NCBI RefSeq assembly: GCF_005080705.1
Contig: NZ_CP032996.1
Coordinates: forward strand, 360,001 to 392,000
Length of the DNA: 32,000 nt
Source: Buchnera aphidicola (Therioaphis trifolii)
Lineage (GTDB): Bacteria; Pseudomonadota; Gammaproteobacteria; Enterobacterales; Enterobacteriaceae
Reading direction: 5' to 3'
Positions 21,418 through 29,566 of this stretch are shown here, piece by piece; within the stretch, counting starts at the first letter, position 1; every line of letters starts with the position of its first letter. The position numbers and the translations under genes were made by a program. Under the pieces are notes generated by a model. It saw nothing but the letters and a program-made list of their open reading frames with translations, was not told the origin of the DNA and searched no databases.

Positions 21418-21915
21418 TTAAAAAGGTAATTCTTCATCAAATTCTATATTTGACATATCATCTTCTAATAACTTATTTTTTAAATTATTATCAATATTAT
21501 CTTTTTTTTTAATATTATTAATATCTTTAGAATTATTGATATTAGTATCATTATTTTTTTTATTTAATATACGTGTTCCTAACATTTGCATTTTACCATT
21601 CATATTAACTATAACTTCCGTAGTATAACGAGTAAAACCATTTTGATCAGTCCATTTTCGAGTTTGTAAAGAACCTTCAATATATACTTGAGATCCTTTT
21701 TTTAAATATTCATTAGCAATTTCAGCTAATTTACCAAATAATACAATCCTATGCCATTCAGTTTTTTCTTTTGTTAAATTTGTTTTTTTATCTTTCCAAT
21801 TTTCTGATGTTGCTAAAGTAATATTCACTACTGCATTACCATTTGACATATATCGTATTTCAGGATTTTTACCTAAATTACCAATTAAAATAACTTTATT
21901 TATACCTCGTACCAT
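21418..21915 (-). CDS. ssb: Single-stranded DNA-binding protein
   Basis: 165 aa. [35 protein letters not shown]...[42 protein letters not shown] is an OB fold. The acidic tip ...DEELPF is retained. Confidence 0.96.
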   Translation of the reverse strand: MVRGINKVILIGNLGKNPEIRYMSNGNAVVNITLATSENWKDKKTNLTKEKTEWHRIVLFGKLAEIANEYLKKGSQVYIEGSLQTRKWTDQNGFTRYTTEVIVNMNGKMQMLGTRILNKKNNDTNINNSKDINNIKKKDNIDNNLKNKLLEDDMSNIEFDEELPF

Positions 21916-22122
21916 ATTTTTTTCCTAAAAATAACATATTTAAAAAAAATAAAAAAATTATATATTTTAAAATAAATATAATAAATCAATAAAAATGATT
22001 TTATTTTTTAAATAATAAAATTATATATTAATATTATAAAATATAAAATATTAATTATTTAAATATTAAAATTTTAAATAAATCATTATTAATATTAAAT
22101 TATTGTATTAAAATATAAAAAA

Positions 22123-23478
22123 ATGAAAAAATATAATCCTTTACAAAATAGTAAAAAAAAAATCCCTTATTCTTTAGAAGCTGAACAATCTATATTAGGT
22201 GCATTAATGTTAGATAATAAAAAATGGGATATTATATCAAATTATATTATTAGTGATGATTTTTTTAATATTTCACATAAATTAATATTTAATGAAATGA
22301 AAGAATTGATAAACCATAATTTCCCAATTGATTTAATAACTTTATCAGAATCACTAGAAAAAAAAAAAATTTTATCAAAAATAGGAAAATTTTCTTATTT
22401 ATCAGAAATTATTAAAAATACTCCTAGTACTGAAAATATTACAGCATATGCAAAAATTGTTAAAGAATGTTCAACATTAAGAGAAATTATTTCAATAGGA
22501 AAAAAAATTTCTTATTTAGGATATAATACACATGGAAAAAATAGTAAAGAAATTTTAAATGATATAGAATATAATATTCTAAAAATTATTAATAAAAAAA
22601 ATAAAAAAGAAAAAAATCCTAAAAATATACGATTAATGTTAGATAAAACTATTACTGTAATAGAAAAACTATTAAAATATCCAAATAATAACTTAACAGG
22701 ATTAGATACAGGATATTCTGACTTAAATAAAAAAACACTTGGATTACAAAAATCTGATTTAATTATTATTGCAGCAAGACCATCTATGGGAAAAACAACA
22801 TTAGCAATGAATATTTGTGAAAATATTGCTATAACCAATAATAAACCAATATTAATTTTTAGTTTGGAAATGCCTGGTGAACAAATTATAATTAGAATGT
22901 TATCTTCGTTATCAAGAGTATATCAAAGTAATATCCGAACAGGAAATTTAAATGATGAAGATTGGTCTCGAATATCAAGTACAATTAATATCCTATTAAA
23001 AAAAAATAATATATATATAGATGATTCTTCACAATTAACACCTACTGAAATAAGATCAAAATCAAAAAAATTATATAAAAAAAAAGGTTTAAGTTTAATT
23101 ATTATTGATTATTTACAATTAATTAATGTACCAAATTTATCTAATCAAAGAAATTTAGAAATTGCTGAAATTTCAAAATCATTAAAATCACTAGCCAAAG
23201 AATTAAAAATACCTATTATTGCTGTATCACAACTTAATCGTTCATTAGAACAAAGATCAGATCGAAGACCAATTAATTCTGATTTAAGAGAATCAGGTTC
23301 ATTAGAACAAGATGCTGATTTAATAATTTTTATATATAGAGATGAATTATATAATGAAAATACTGAATTAAAAGGAATAGCAGAAATTATAATAGGAAAA
23401 CAAAGGAATGGACCTAATGGAACAATAAAATTAATATTTAATGGTAATTTATGTCGATTTGATAATTATTATGAATAA
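22123..23478 (+). CDS. dnaB: Replicative DNA helicase DnaB
   Basis: 451 aa. ...P.S.EAEQS.LG.LMLDN..WD...DLITL.ESLE...TG..TGY.DLNKKT.GLQ.SDLII.AARPSMGKTT.AMN (Walker A)...IFSLEMP.EQI..R.L.SLSRV.Q..IRTG.L.DEDW.RIS...IDYLQL...LEIAEIS.SLK.LAKEL..P..A.SQLNRSLEQR.D.RP.NSDLRESGS.EQDADLI.FIYRDE.Y.EN..LKG.AEIIIGKQRNGP.GT..L.FNG...RFDNY. Confidence 0.98.
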   Translation: MKKYNPLQNSKKKIPYSLEAEQSILGALMLDNKKWDIISNYIISDDFFNISHKLIFNEMKELINHNFPIDLITLSESLEKKKILSKIGKFSYLSEIIKNTPSTENITAYAKIVKECSTLREIISIGKKISYLGYNTHGKNSKEILNDIEYNILKIINKKNKKEKNPKNIRLMLDKTITVIEKLLKYPNNNLTGLDTGYSDLNKKTLGLQKSDLIIIAARPSMGKTTLAMNICENIAITNNKPILIFSLEMPGEQIIIRMLSSLSRVYQSNIRTGNLNDEDWSRISSTINILLKKNNIYIDDSSQLTPTEIRSKSKKLYKKKGLSLIIIDYLQLINVPNLSNQRNLEIAEISKSLKSLAKELKIPIIAVSQLNRSLEQRSDRRPINSDLRESGSLEQDADLIIFIYRDELYNENTELKGIAEIIIGKQRNGPNGTIKLIFNGNLCRFDNYYE

Positions 23479-23516
23479 TAATATATAAATAATTTATAAA
23501 ATAAATCATTTTTATT

Positions 23517-23561
23517 ATATTTAAAATATTTAAAATATTTAAAATATTTAAAATATTTAAA
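23517..23561. repeat. Perfect tandem repeat, 5 x 9 bp (ATATTTAAA)
   Basis: I counted base by base. Units occupy 23517-23525, 23526-23534, 23535-23543, 23544-23552 and 23553-23561, and all are identical. The repeat lies in the 158-bp dnaB-yqgE spacer, 76 bp upstream of the yqgE start. Confidence 0.9.
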
Positions 23562-23636
23562 AATAAAATTATATTTCATTAAATAATAAATTTATATAAA
23601 ATAATATATTATGAATTTAATTATTGAGCATATCAA

Positions 23637-24206
23637 GTGAAAATGACTTTGCAAAATAACTTATTAATTGCTATGCCTGGAATAAAAAATCCATTTTTTA
23701 AAAAAACTGTAATATATATTTGTGAACATAATAATGAAGGAGCAATGGGTATTATAATAAATAAACCATTAAAAGATATAAAAATAAAAAATATTTTAAA
23801 AAAATTAAATATGAACGCATCTCCTTGTTTATTTGGTCCAAAAATTTTTGATTCAGTTATTATAGGAGGACCACAAGCTCAAGAAAGAGGATTTATATTA
23901 CATTCATCAAAAAAAATATTTTATTCTAGTATTAAAATTTCAAATAAAATGATAATTACAACATCTCAAGATATTTTAGAAACAACTGGTTTTCTTGAAA
24001 AACCAACAAATATATTAATGGCTTTGGGATATTGTACATGGGATAAAAATCAATTAGAACAAGAATTATTAAATAATTTTTGGTTAATTTCATCTGTTGA
24101 TCAAAAAATATTATTTCATACACCACTAAAAAAAAAATGGATAAAAGCATTAAACAATTTAGGATTAAATATATATAAATTATCTATCAATTTTGGACAT
24201 GCATAA
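23637..24206 (+). CDS. yqgE: UPF0301 family protein YqgE
   Basis: ...LLIAMP....P.F...V.YICEHN..GAMGII.NKP.......IL.KL...GGP....RGFILH......SSI.IS.....TTS.D.LET.G....P...L.ALGY..W.K.QLEQE.L.N.WL......IL F.TP....W matches E. coli YqgE. The start is ambiguous: GTG at 23637 has a GAG 9 nt upstream, while ATG at 23643 aligns better with E. coli MNLQHHFLIAMP. Confidence 0.9.
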   Translation: MKMTLQNNLLIAMPGIKNPFFKKTVIYICEHNNEGAMGIIINKPLKDIKIKNILKKLNMNASPCLFGPKIFDSVIIGGPQAQERGFILHSSKKIFYSSIKISNKMIITTSQDILETTGFLEKPTNILMALGYCTWDKNQLEQELLNNFWLISSVDQKILFHTPLKKKWIKALNNLGLNIYKLSINFGHA

Positions 24207-24212
24207 ATTATC

Positions 24213-24614
24213 ATGATATTATCATTTGATTTTGGAACAAAAAAAATTGGTGTAGCAATAGGACAAAAAATTACATGTACAGCAAATATATTAAATACAA
24301 TAAATGTAAAAAATGGAATTCCTAATTGGAATCAAATCTCTCATTTAATTATATATTGGAATCCAAAAATTATTATTGTAGGTTATCCATTAAATATGGA
24401 TGGATCAAAACAAAAAATTACTAAAAAAACCATTCTTTTTGCTAAAATATTAAAACAAAAATATTTAATTAATGTAGAATTACATGATGAAAGATTAACA
24501 ACTATAGAATCTAAATCAATATTATATAAAAATAAAAAATATAAAAATATAAAAAAAAATATACATTCTTTATCAGCGGTATTAATATTAGAGAGTTGGT
24601 TAAATAAAAAATAA
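24213..24614 (+). CDS. ruvX: Putative pre-16S rRNA nuclease / Holliday-junction-resolvase-like protein YqgF
   Basis: 133 aa. ..LSFDFGTK.IGVA.GQ.IT.TA.........G.P.W.........W.P..IIVG.PLNMDG..Q..T.....FA.........V.LHDERL.T.E......SA..ILES. matches E. coli YqgF. It starts 6 nt after yqgE. Confidence 0.93.
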   Translation: MILSFDFGTKKIGVAIGQKITCTANILNTINVKNGIPNWNQISHLIIYWNPKIIIVGYPLNMDGSKQKITKKTILFAKILKQKYLINVELHDERLTTIESKSILYKNKKYKNIKKNIHSLSAVLILESWLNKK

Positions 24615-24645
24615 AAATAATAATTGTGAAATTTTGGATAATATT

Positions 24646-25788
24646 ATGATTTTTATTCCCCCACTTAGTTTATATATTCATATACCATGGTGTTTAAAAA
24701 AATGTCCATATTGTGATTTTAATGCATATACATTAAAAAATCATGATTCACAAATCAATTATATTCAACATTTAATTCAAGATTTAAAAAATGATGTATC
24801 TATTATTAAAAAAAGAACTATAAAGACAATTTTTATAGGCGGAGGAACTCCAAGTATATTAAATAATTATTTAATAAAATACTTAATACAAAAAATAAAA
24901 ACAATCGTATCTATTAAAAAAAATACAGAAATTACAATTGAAGTTAATCCTGAAAATATTACAATTGAAAAAATATTAAAATATCAAGAATCAGGTATTA
25001 ATAGAATATCATTTGGAATACAAACTTTTAATAATAAATTATTAAAATTAATTGGAAGAAATCATACTTCAAAAAAAATCATTATATTATTAAATGAAAT
25101 TAAAAAAAATATTAAAATCAATTTTAATATAGATTTAATATATGGATTACCTGAACAAACTTTAAAAAATTGTCTATCAGATTTAGAACAAGCAATTTTA
25201 ATTAATCCAAATCATATTTCTTGGTATCAATTAAATATAGAAAAAAATACTGTATTTTATTACCAAAAACCAAATTTACCAAAAGATTCTATAATATGGA
25301 ACATGTATAATCAAGGTAATAGTTTATTATTACAATCGCAATATCAAAGATATGAAATATCTTCATATTGTAAACACAATCAATTTTGTTTTCATAATTT
25401 AAATTATTGGAAATTTGGAGATTATATTGGTATAGGTTGTGGTTCACATAGTAAAATAACACAAAAAAATGGAAAAATAATAAGAATAATAAAAAAAAAA
25501 AGAATTTATGATTACTGTAATATAAGAAAAATATATATTGAAAAAAAATATCAAATTATTAATCAAGATAAACCATTTGAATATTTTATGAATATTTTTA
25601 GATTATTTCAACCAATACAAAAAAAATATTTTTATTTATATACAAATTTAAAAATAAAATATATAAAAAAAAATATTAAAAAAGCAATTTTAAAAGGATA
25701 TATTTTAAAAAATAATAAATATTGGAAAATATCAAAAAAAGGCAAAAATTATTTAAATAATTTATTAGAATTATTTATAATAATATAA
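24646..25788 (+). CDS. hemW: Radical-SAM heme chaperone HemW (YggW)
   Basis: The ORF track starts at a TTG at 24634. E. coli HemW begins MVKLPPLSLYIHIPWCVQKCPYCDFN, which aligns with MIFIPPLSLYIHIPWCLKKCPYCDFN from the ATG at 24646. The CxxxCxxC radical-SAM motif is present. Other matches: ...KTIFIGGGTPS.L...NRIS.G.Q.F....L..GR.H...HNLNYW.FGDYIGIG.G.H.K...KPFE.FMN.FRL. Confidence 0.93.
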   Translation: MIFIPPLSLYIHIPWCLKKCPYCDFNAYTLKNHDSQINYIQHLIQDLKNDVSIIKKRTIKTIFIGGGTPSILNNYLIKYLIQKIKTIVSIKKNTEITIEVNPENITIEKILKYQESGINRISFGIQTFNNKLLKLIGRNHTSKKIIILLNEIKKNIKINFNIDLIYGLPEQTLKNCLSDLEQAILINPNHISWYQLNIEKNTVFYYQKPNLPKDSIIWNMYNQGNSLLLQSQYQRYEISSYCKHNQFCFHNLNYWKFGDYIGIGCGSHSKITQKNGKIIRIIKKKRIYDYCNIRKIYIEKKYQIINQDKPFEYFMNIFRLFQPIQKKYFYLYTNLKIKYIKKNIKKAILKGYILKNNKYWKISKKGKNYLNNLLELFIII

Positions 25789-25807
25789 ATAAAAAATATA
25801 AATTAAA

Positions 25808-26548
25808 TTATTTTCTACACTGAAAAATTAAATTAAAAATATTTTTTTTATATAATCTTGCTTTTTTTTCAAAATAAGTCATTTTTTTTAAATTTGATGA
25901 TATAAAATAATAAAAATGATCTGATAAATTGATAAAATTTTTTATTATATTAATATTATTTATAATATATTCATTATATAATTTACAATCAGTTATTATA
26001 TGTAAAATTCCATTATTAATTAATTTTTTTGAAATTAATTTAATAAATTCTATATTTAAAATTCTTCGCTTATGATGTTTTTTTTTTGGCCATGGATCAG
26101 GAAAAAATAATTGAATAATTTGTATTGTATTATCTTGAATCATAAATTTTAATACTTCTGTTGCATCATGTAAAATAATCTTTAAATTATCAATATGTAT
26201 TTTTGAGTGATGTATTTTATTAAAAATATTACTAATACCTGGTATATATACTTCAATACCTAAAATATTATATTTTTTATAATGTAAAGCATTATAAAGT
26301 AAATTTTCACCATTTCCAAAACCAATTTCTAATATTATAGGTGAATTTTTTTTATTAAATACATTATTCAAATTAATAAATCTATTCTCAAAATTTAAAC
26401 CAAAATATGGCCAATAATTTTTTAAAATATTAATCATATTTTTTTTTATAGGTCGATTTCTACATGTAAAACTACGTACTCGACGTAAAAAAATACCTTG
26501 TTTATTATACTGTGGTATAATTACATTATTAGTAATAATATTTTTCAT
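25808..26548 (-). CDS. trmB: tRNA (guanine46-N7)-methyltransferase
   Basis: 246 aa. ...RR.RSF..R......K......NYWP..G..F...P..LEIGFG.G..L.......GIEV..PG......LFFPDPW.KK.H.KRRI...F......L..GG..H..TD matches E. coli TrmB. It is divergent from mutY, as in E. coli. Confidence 0.93.
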   Translation of the reverse strand: MKNIITNNVIIPQYNKQGIFLRRVRSFTCRNRPIKKNMINILKNYWPYFGLNFENRFINLNNVFNKKNSPIILEIGFGNGENLLYNALHYKKYNILGIEVYIPGISNIFNKIHHSKIHIDNLKIILHDATEVLKFMIQDNTIQIIQLFFPDPWPKKKHHKRRILNIEFIKLISKKLINNGILHIITDCKLYNEYIINNINIIKNFINLSDHFYYFISSNLKKMTYFEKKARLYKKNIFNLIFQCRK

Positions 26549-26643
26549 AATGATATATTAAATGAATATTATTAATTATAAAAAAATTTATTTTTTTAAA
26601 TTAAAAAATATAAAATGATAATAAAATAAATAATATTAATATT

Positions 26644-27675
26644 ATGCAAAATTGGAAATTTTCACAAATTATAATTAATTGGCAACATTATTTTGGAAGA
26701 AATAATTTACCTTGGCAAAAAAATAATAATCCATATTATATATGGATTTCAGAAATTATGTTACAACAAACACAAGTTAAAACTGTTATACCATATTTTA
26801 ATAAATTTATTACTCAATTTAATAATATTAAATCTTTATCAAAATCTAATTTAAATAAAATATTATATTTATGGAGTGGATTAGGATATTATAATAGAGC
26901 TAATAATATTTATAAAACAGCAAAAATTATAATAAATAATTATAATGGAAATTTTCCTAATAATTTTAATAATTTAATAAAATTACCAGGAATTGGAAAA
27001 ACTACAGCACATGCTATTTTATCATTATCATATAATTTTTCTTTTCCAATTTTAGATGGAAATGTAAAAAGAATATTAATACGTTTTTATAATTTAAAAA
27101 TAGAAAATTCTAAAAAAAAAATTAATGAAAACAAATTATGGAAAATAATTAATCAAATTACTCCTATTCATAATGCTAAAAAATTTAATCAAGGTATGAT
27201 GGATTTAGGAGCTTTAATATGTACATATAAAAAACCAAAATGTTATATTTGTCCTTTAAAAAATTCTTGTCAATATGATAATACAATTAATATTCAAAAA
27301 AATATAAAAAAAAATAAAATAAAAAAAAAAACAATTTTTTATATGATATTACAATATAAAAATTTTATTGTTTTTGAAAACAGAAAAAAAAGAATATGGA
27401 ATAAGTTATTTTGTTTTCCTGAATTTAATAATTTAAAAGAAATGCAATATTGGTTATTAAAAAATAATATTTTTAATTTTAATTATAAAAAATATTTTTA
27501 TAAAATACATAAATTAAGTCATTTAAAAATTAAAATGATTTTTATTAACATAAAAATAAAAAAAAAAATAAAAATTAATATCAATAAAAATAAATGTTGG
27601 TATAATTTAAAAAAAAAAATACATATTGGAATACCAAAACCAATATATGATATAATAATTCAATTACATAAATAA
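26644..27675 (+). CDS. mutY: Adenine DNA glycosylase MutY
   Basis: 343 aa. ...LPWQ....PY..W.SE.MLQQTQV.TVIPYF..F......LW.GLGYY.RA.N....A......G.FP.....LPG.G..TA.AILSLS....FPILDGNVKR.L.R...FNQ.MMDLGA.ICT..KPKC..CPL.N.C. All four Fe-S cysteines, the SE.MLQQT glutamate and the ILDGN aspartate are present. C-terminal domain motifs FCFPEF, H.LSH and WYNL are retained. Confidence 0.95.
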   Translation: MQNWKFSQIIINWQHYFGRNNLPWQKNNNPYYIWISEIMLQQTQVKTVIPYFNKFITQFNNIKSLSKSNLNKILYLWSGLGYYNRANNIYKTAKIIINNYNGNFPNNFNNLIKLPGIGKTTAHAILSLSYNFSFPILDGNVKRILIRFYNLKIENSKKKINENKLWKIINQITPIHNAKKFNQGMMDLGALICTYKKPKCYICPLKNSCQYDNTINIQKNIKKNKIKKKTIFYMILQYKNFIVFENRKKRIWNKLFCFPEFNNLKEMQYWLLKNNIFNFNYKKYFYKIHKLSHLKIKMIFINIKIKKKIKININKNKCWYNLKKKIHIGIPKPIYDIIIQLHK

Positions 27676-27698
27676 TTATTTAAATATGAAAAAATAAT

Positions 27699-27932
27699 AT
27701 GAAATTTATTTTTTGTAAATATTTTAAAAAAAAATTAGAAGGTTTTGAAAAACCATTTTATCCTGGTGAAATAGGAAAAAAAATTTACAATAATATTTCT
27801 AAAAAAGCTTGGAAAATATGGATTCATGAACAAACAAAATTTATTAATGAAAATAATTTAAATATGATTAATCAAAAAGATAACAATAAAGTTGAACAAT
27901 ATATGATAAAATTTTTATTTAAAAAAAAATAA
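27699..27932 (+). CDS. yggX: Fe(2+)-trafficking protein YggX
   Basis: 77 aa. ..IFC.....EG......YPGE.GK.IYN.ISK.AW..W.H.QT..INE..LNM.N.........M..FLF matches E. coli YggX. It lies directly downstream of mutY, as in E. coli. Confidence 0.92.
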   Translation: MKFIFCKYFKKKLEGFEKPFYPGEIGKKIYNNISKKAWKIWIHEQTKFINENNLNMINQKDNNKVEQYMIKFLFKKK

Positions 27933-27938
27933 AAAAAA

Positions 27939-29351
27939 TTATATAATTATTGAATATACATATTTTTTTAAATCTATTAATAAATTATATTTTTTAACAT
28001 TATAACGATATATTTCTAATAATTGATTTAATTTTATAAAATATTCATTTAAATTACTTAAATTAAATATTTTTTTACGATAATTAAACCATATTTTTTT
28101 TTCATTTTCTTTTAATAAATTAGGAAAGTTTCTTGCTTTTAATCTGAAAAATATTTCTTCTAAATTTTTATTTAAAAAATTAACATTTATTTTTTTCCAA
28201 AAATTTATTTTAATAGTTTGTATTTTTTTCATAATATTTTTATCTTTTTCAGAAAAAAAAGAATGATATATTTTTAAATCAACATTATTTGTAATATTAT
28301 TATAAGTATAATTTTTTAAAAATTTTTTAATTTTATTAAAAATTAATTTTTCTTTTTGTAAAATATCAATTTTTTTTAAAAATAAATCAAGATTTATATT
28401 TAATTTTGTTAATTTATTTTTATTAAAAAAATCAATTGGAACCAATATAGGACATTTATTTATTTTTAAAAAATTTATTCCTAATTTATATAATGTTTGA
28501 ATATTAATATTATGAATTTTTGTTTTATATAAATATTTAATTAATAAATCAACATCCATATGTAAATTAAAAAATAATAAATTATTAGGATTATTAGAAT
28601 CCCACAAAATAGGAAGAATACAAATTAAATTATTTTTTAATTTATTAAAAAAATTTACAATATAAATTAAAGGAATATAATTTTGAATATCAATTAAATT
28701 TTTAATATTTTTTTTTAATCTATATTTAAATAAAAAATCAAATAATTCAGGTTTTTTTTTTTTTATTAAACGAGCTAAATCAATAGTTGCATATACATCA
28801 GATAAAGCATCATGTGAATTGTGTTTAATATTATTAATTTTAGTTAAATCTTCTAATTTAAAACTTATATATCCTAATTTATTTTTTGGCCATAAAATAT
28901 TATTAGGAGATAAAATATAACAAGCTTGGATAATTTGTATTAAATCCCATCTAGAATTACCATTTTTCCAACTCCAAGAATAAGGATCTAAAAAATTTCT
29001 ATAAAAAATATTTCTTGTAATTTCATCATCAAATTTAATATTATTATAACCAATAATACACATATTATTAATATTTAAAATTTTAAATATTTTTTTAGAA
29101 AAAAAAAATTCATTCATACCATATTTTATGGTATATTGAGGTGTAATTCCAGTTAATAGAATTGATTCTGGATTAGGTAAATAATCATTAGAAGGATAAC
29201 AATATAAACAAATTGGATCTTGAATAATATTTAAATCAAAATCAGTTTTTATACATGCAAATTGAGCAGGTTTATCTAAAGCAGGATGAATTCCAAATGT
29301 TTCATAATCATAAAATAAAAAACTAAAATTATTATTTTTTAAATTAATCAC
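27939..29351 (-). CDS. sbcB: Exodeoxyribonuclease I
   Basis: FLFYDYETFG.HPALD.PAQFA.I.TD...YLP.P....LTGITPQ...GYNN..FDDE.TRNIFYRNF.DPY.WSW..GNSRWDL......CY.L.P..I.WP.......SF.LE.LTK.N.I.H..AHDA..DVYATI..A.L.K...P.LFD.LF matches E. coli SbcB. The ORF track extends to 29414, which would run through tRNA-Asn (29385-29457). There is no ATG between that point and the conserved FLFYDYETFG. I take the GTG at 29351-29349, giving (M)INLKNNNFSFLFYDYETFG, as the likely start. An ATT or ATA start cannot be excluded. Confidence 0.9.
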   Translation of the reverse strand: MINLKNNNFSFLFYDYETFGIHPALDKPAQFACIKTDFDLNIIQDPICLYCYPSNDYLPNPESILLTGITPQYTIKYGMNEFFFSKKIFKILNINNMCIIGYNNIKFDDEITRNIFYRNFLDPYSWSWKNGNSRWDLIQIIQACYILSPNNILWPKNKLGYISFKLEDLTKINNIKHNSHDALSDVYATIDLARLIKKKKPELFDFLFKYRLKKNIKNLIDIQNYIPLIYIVNFFNKLKNNLICILPILWDSNNPNNLLFFNLHMDVDLLIKYLYKTKIHNINIQTLYKLGINFLKINKCPILVPIDFFNKNKLTKLNINLDLFLKKIDILQKEKLIFNKIKKFLKNYTYNNITNNVDLKIYHSFFSEKDKNIMKKIQTIKINFWKKINVNFLNKNLEEIFFRLKARNFPNLLKENEKKIWFNYRKKIFNLSNLNEYFIKLNQLLEIYRYNVKKYNLLIDLKKYVYSIII

Positions 29352-29384
29352 AATATTATATTTAAAAAAAATTAAAAAAATTAT

Positions 29385-29457
29385 CTCCTCCGACTGGGCT
29401 CGAACCAGTGACATACGGATTAACAGTCCGCCGTTCTACCAACTGAACTACAGAGGA
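29385..29457 (-). tRNA. tRNA-Asn (anticodon GTT)
   Basis: The reverse complement is TCCTCTGTAGTTCAGTTGGTAGAACGGCGGACTGTTAATCCGTATGTCACTGGTTCGAGCCCAGTCGGAGGAG. It forms a cloverleaf with acceptor TCCTCTG/CGGAGGA and anticodon loop CTGTTAA. It is near-identical to E. coli tRNA-Asn as I recall it. No CCA is encoded. Confidence 0.94.
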
Positions 29458-29469
29458 TTATATATTTAT

Positions 29470-29520
29470 ATATTACCATGTAAAAATAATTTTGTCAAAA
29501 ACTTTTAATTATATTATAAT
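29470..29520. promoter_or_regulatory. Candidate compact bidirectional sigma-70 promoter for tRNA-Asn (-) and tRNA-Ile2 (+)
   Basis: An 11-bp palindrome TTTTGTCAAAA lies at 29490-29500. The minus strand reads TTGACA (29498-29493), a 17-nt spacer, then TAATAT (29475-29470), which ends 12 nt before the tRNA-Asn 5' end. The plus strand reads TTGTCA (29492-29497), a 17-nt spacer, then TATAAT (29515-29520). Other TATAAT copies (29531-29536 and 29549-29554) lie nearer the tRNA-Ile gene, so the plus-strand -10 assignment is uncertain. Confidence 0.35.
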
Positions 29521-29566
29521 AAATATATAATATAATAAATTAAAATATTATAATATTTTTTAAATA

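Noticed and set aside
21916-22122. The 207-bp divergent ssb-dnaB spacer, checked as a possible replication origin or DnaA-box cluster.
   Set aside because: I found no TTATCCACA-like 9-mers on either strand and only a trivial 6-bp stem. A long A/T spacer alone is not evidence for an origin.
22512-22838. 108-aa minus-strand ORF antisense to dnaB. Similar cases are 13906..14139 (antisense to tsgA), 23956..24150 (antisense to yqgE) and 29909..30127 (antisense to rplI).
   Set aside because: In AAA/AAT-rich coding sequence the antisense strand is TTT/ATT-rich and poor in stop codons, so long Phe/Ile/Leu ORFs arise by chance. There is no homology or translation signal. Only expression or peptide data could revive any of them.
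23517-23561. The 9-bp tandem array considered as a CRISPR-like or iteron array.
   Set aside because: The units are directly adjacent with no spacers, are only 9 bp long and are pure A/T. No cas or rep gene is nearby. I kept it only as a simple tandem repeat.
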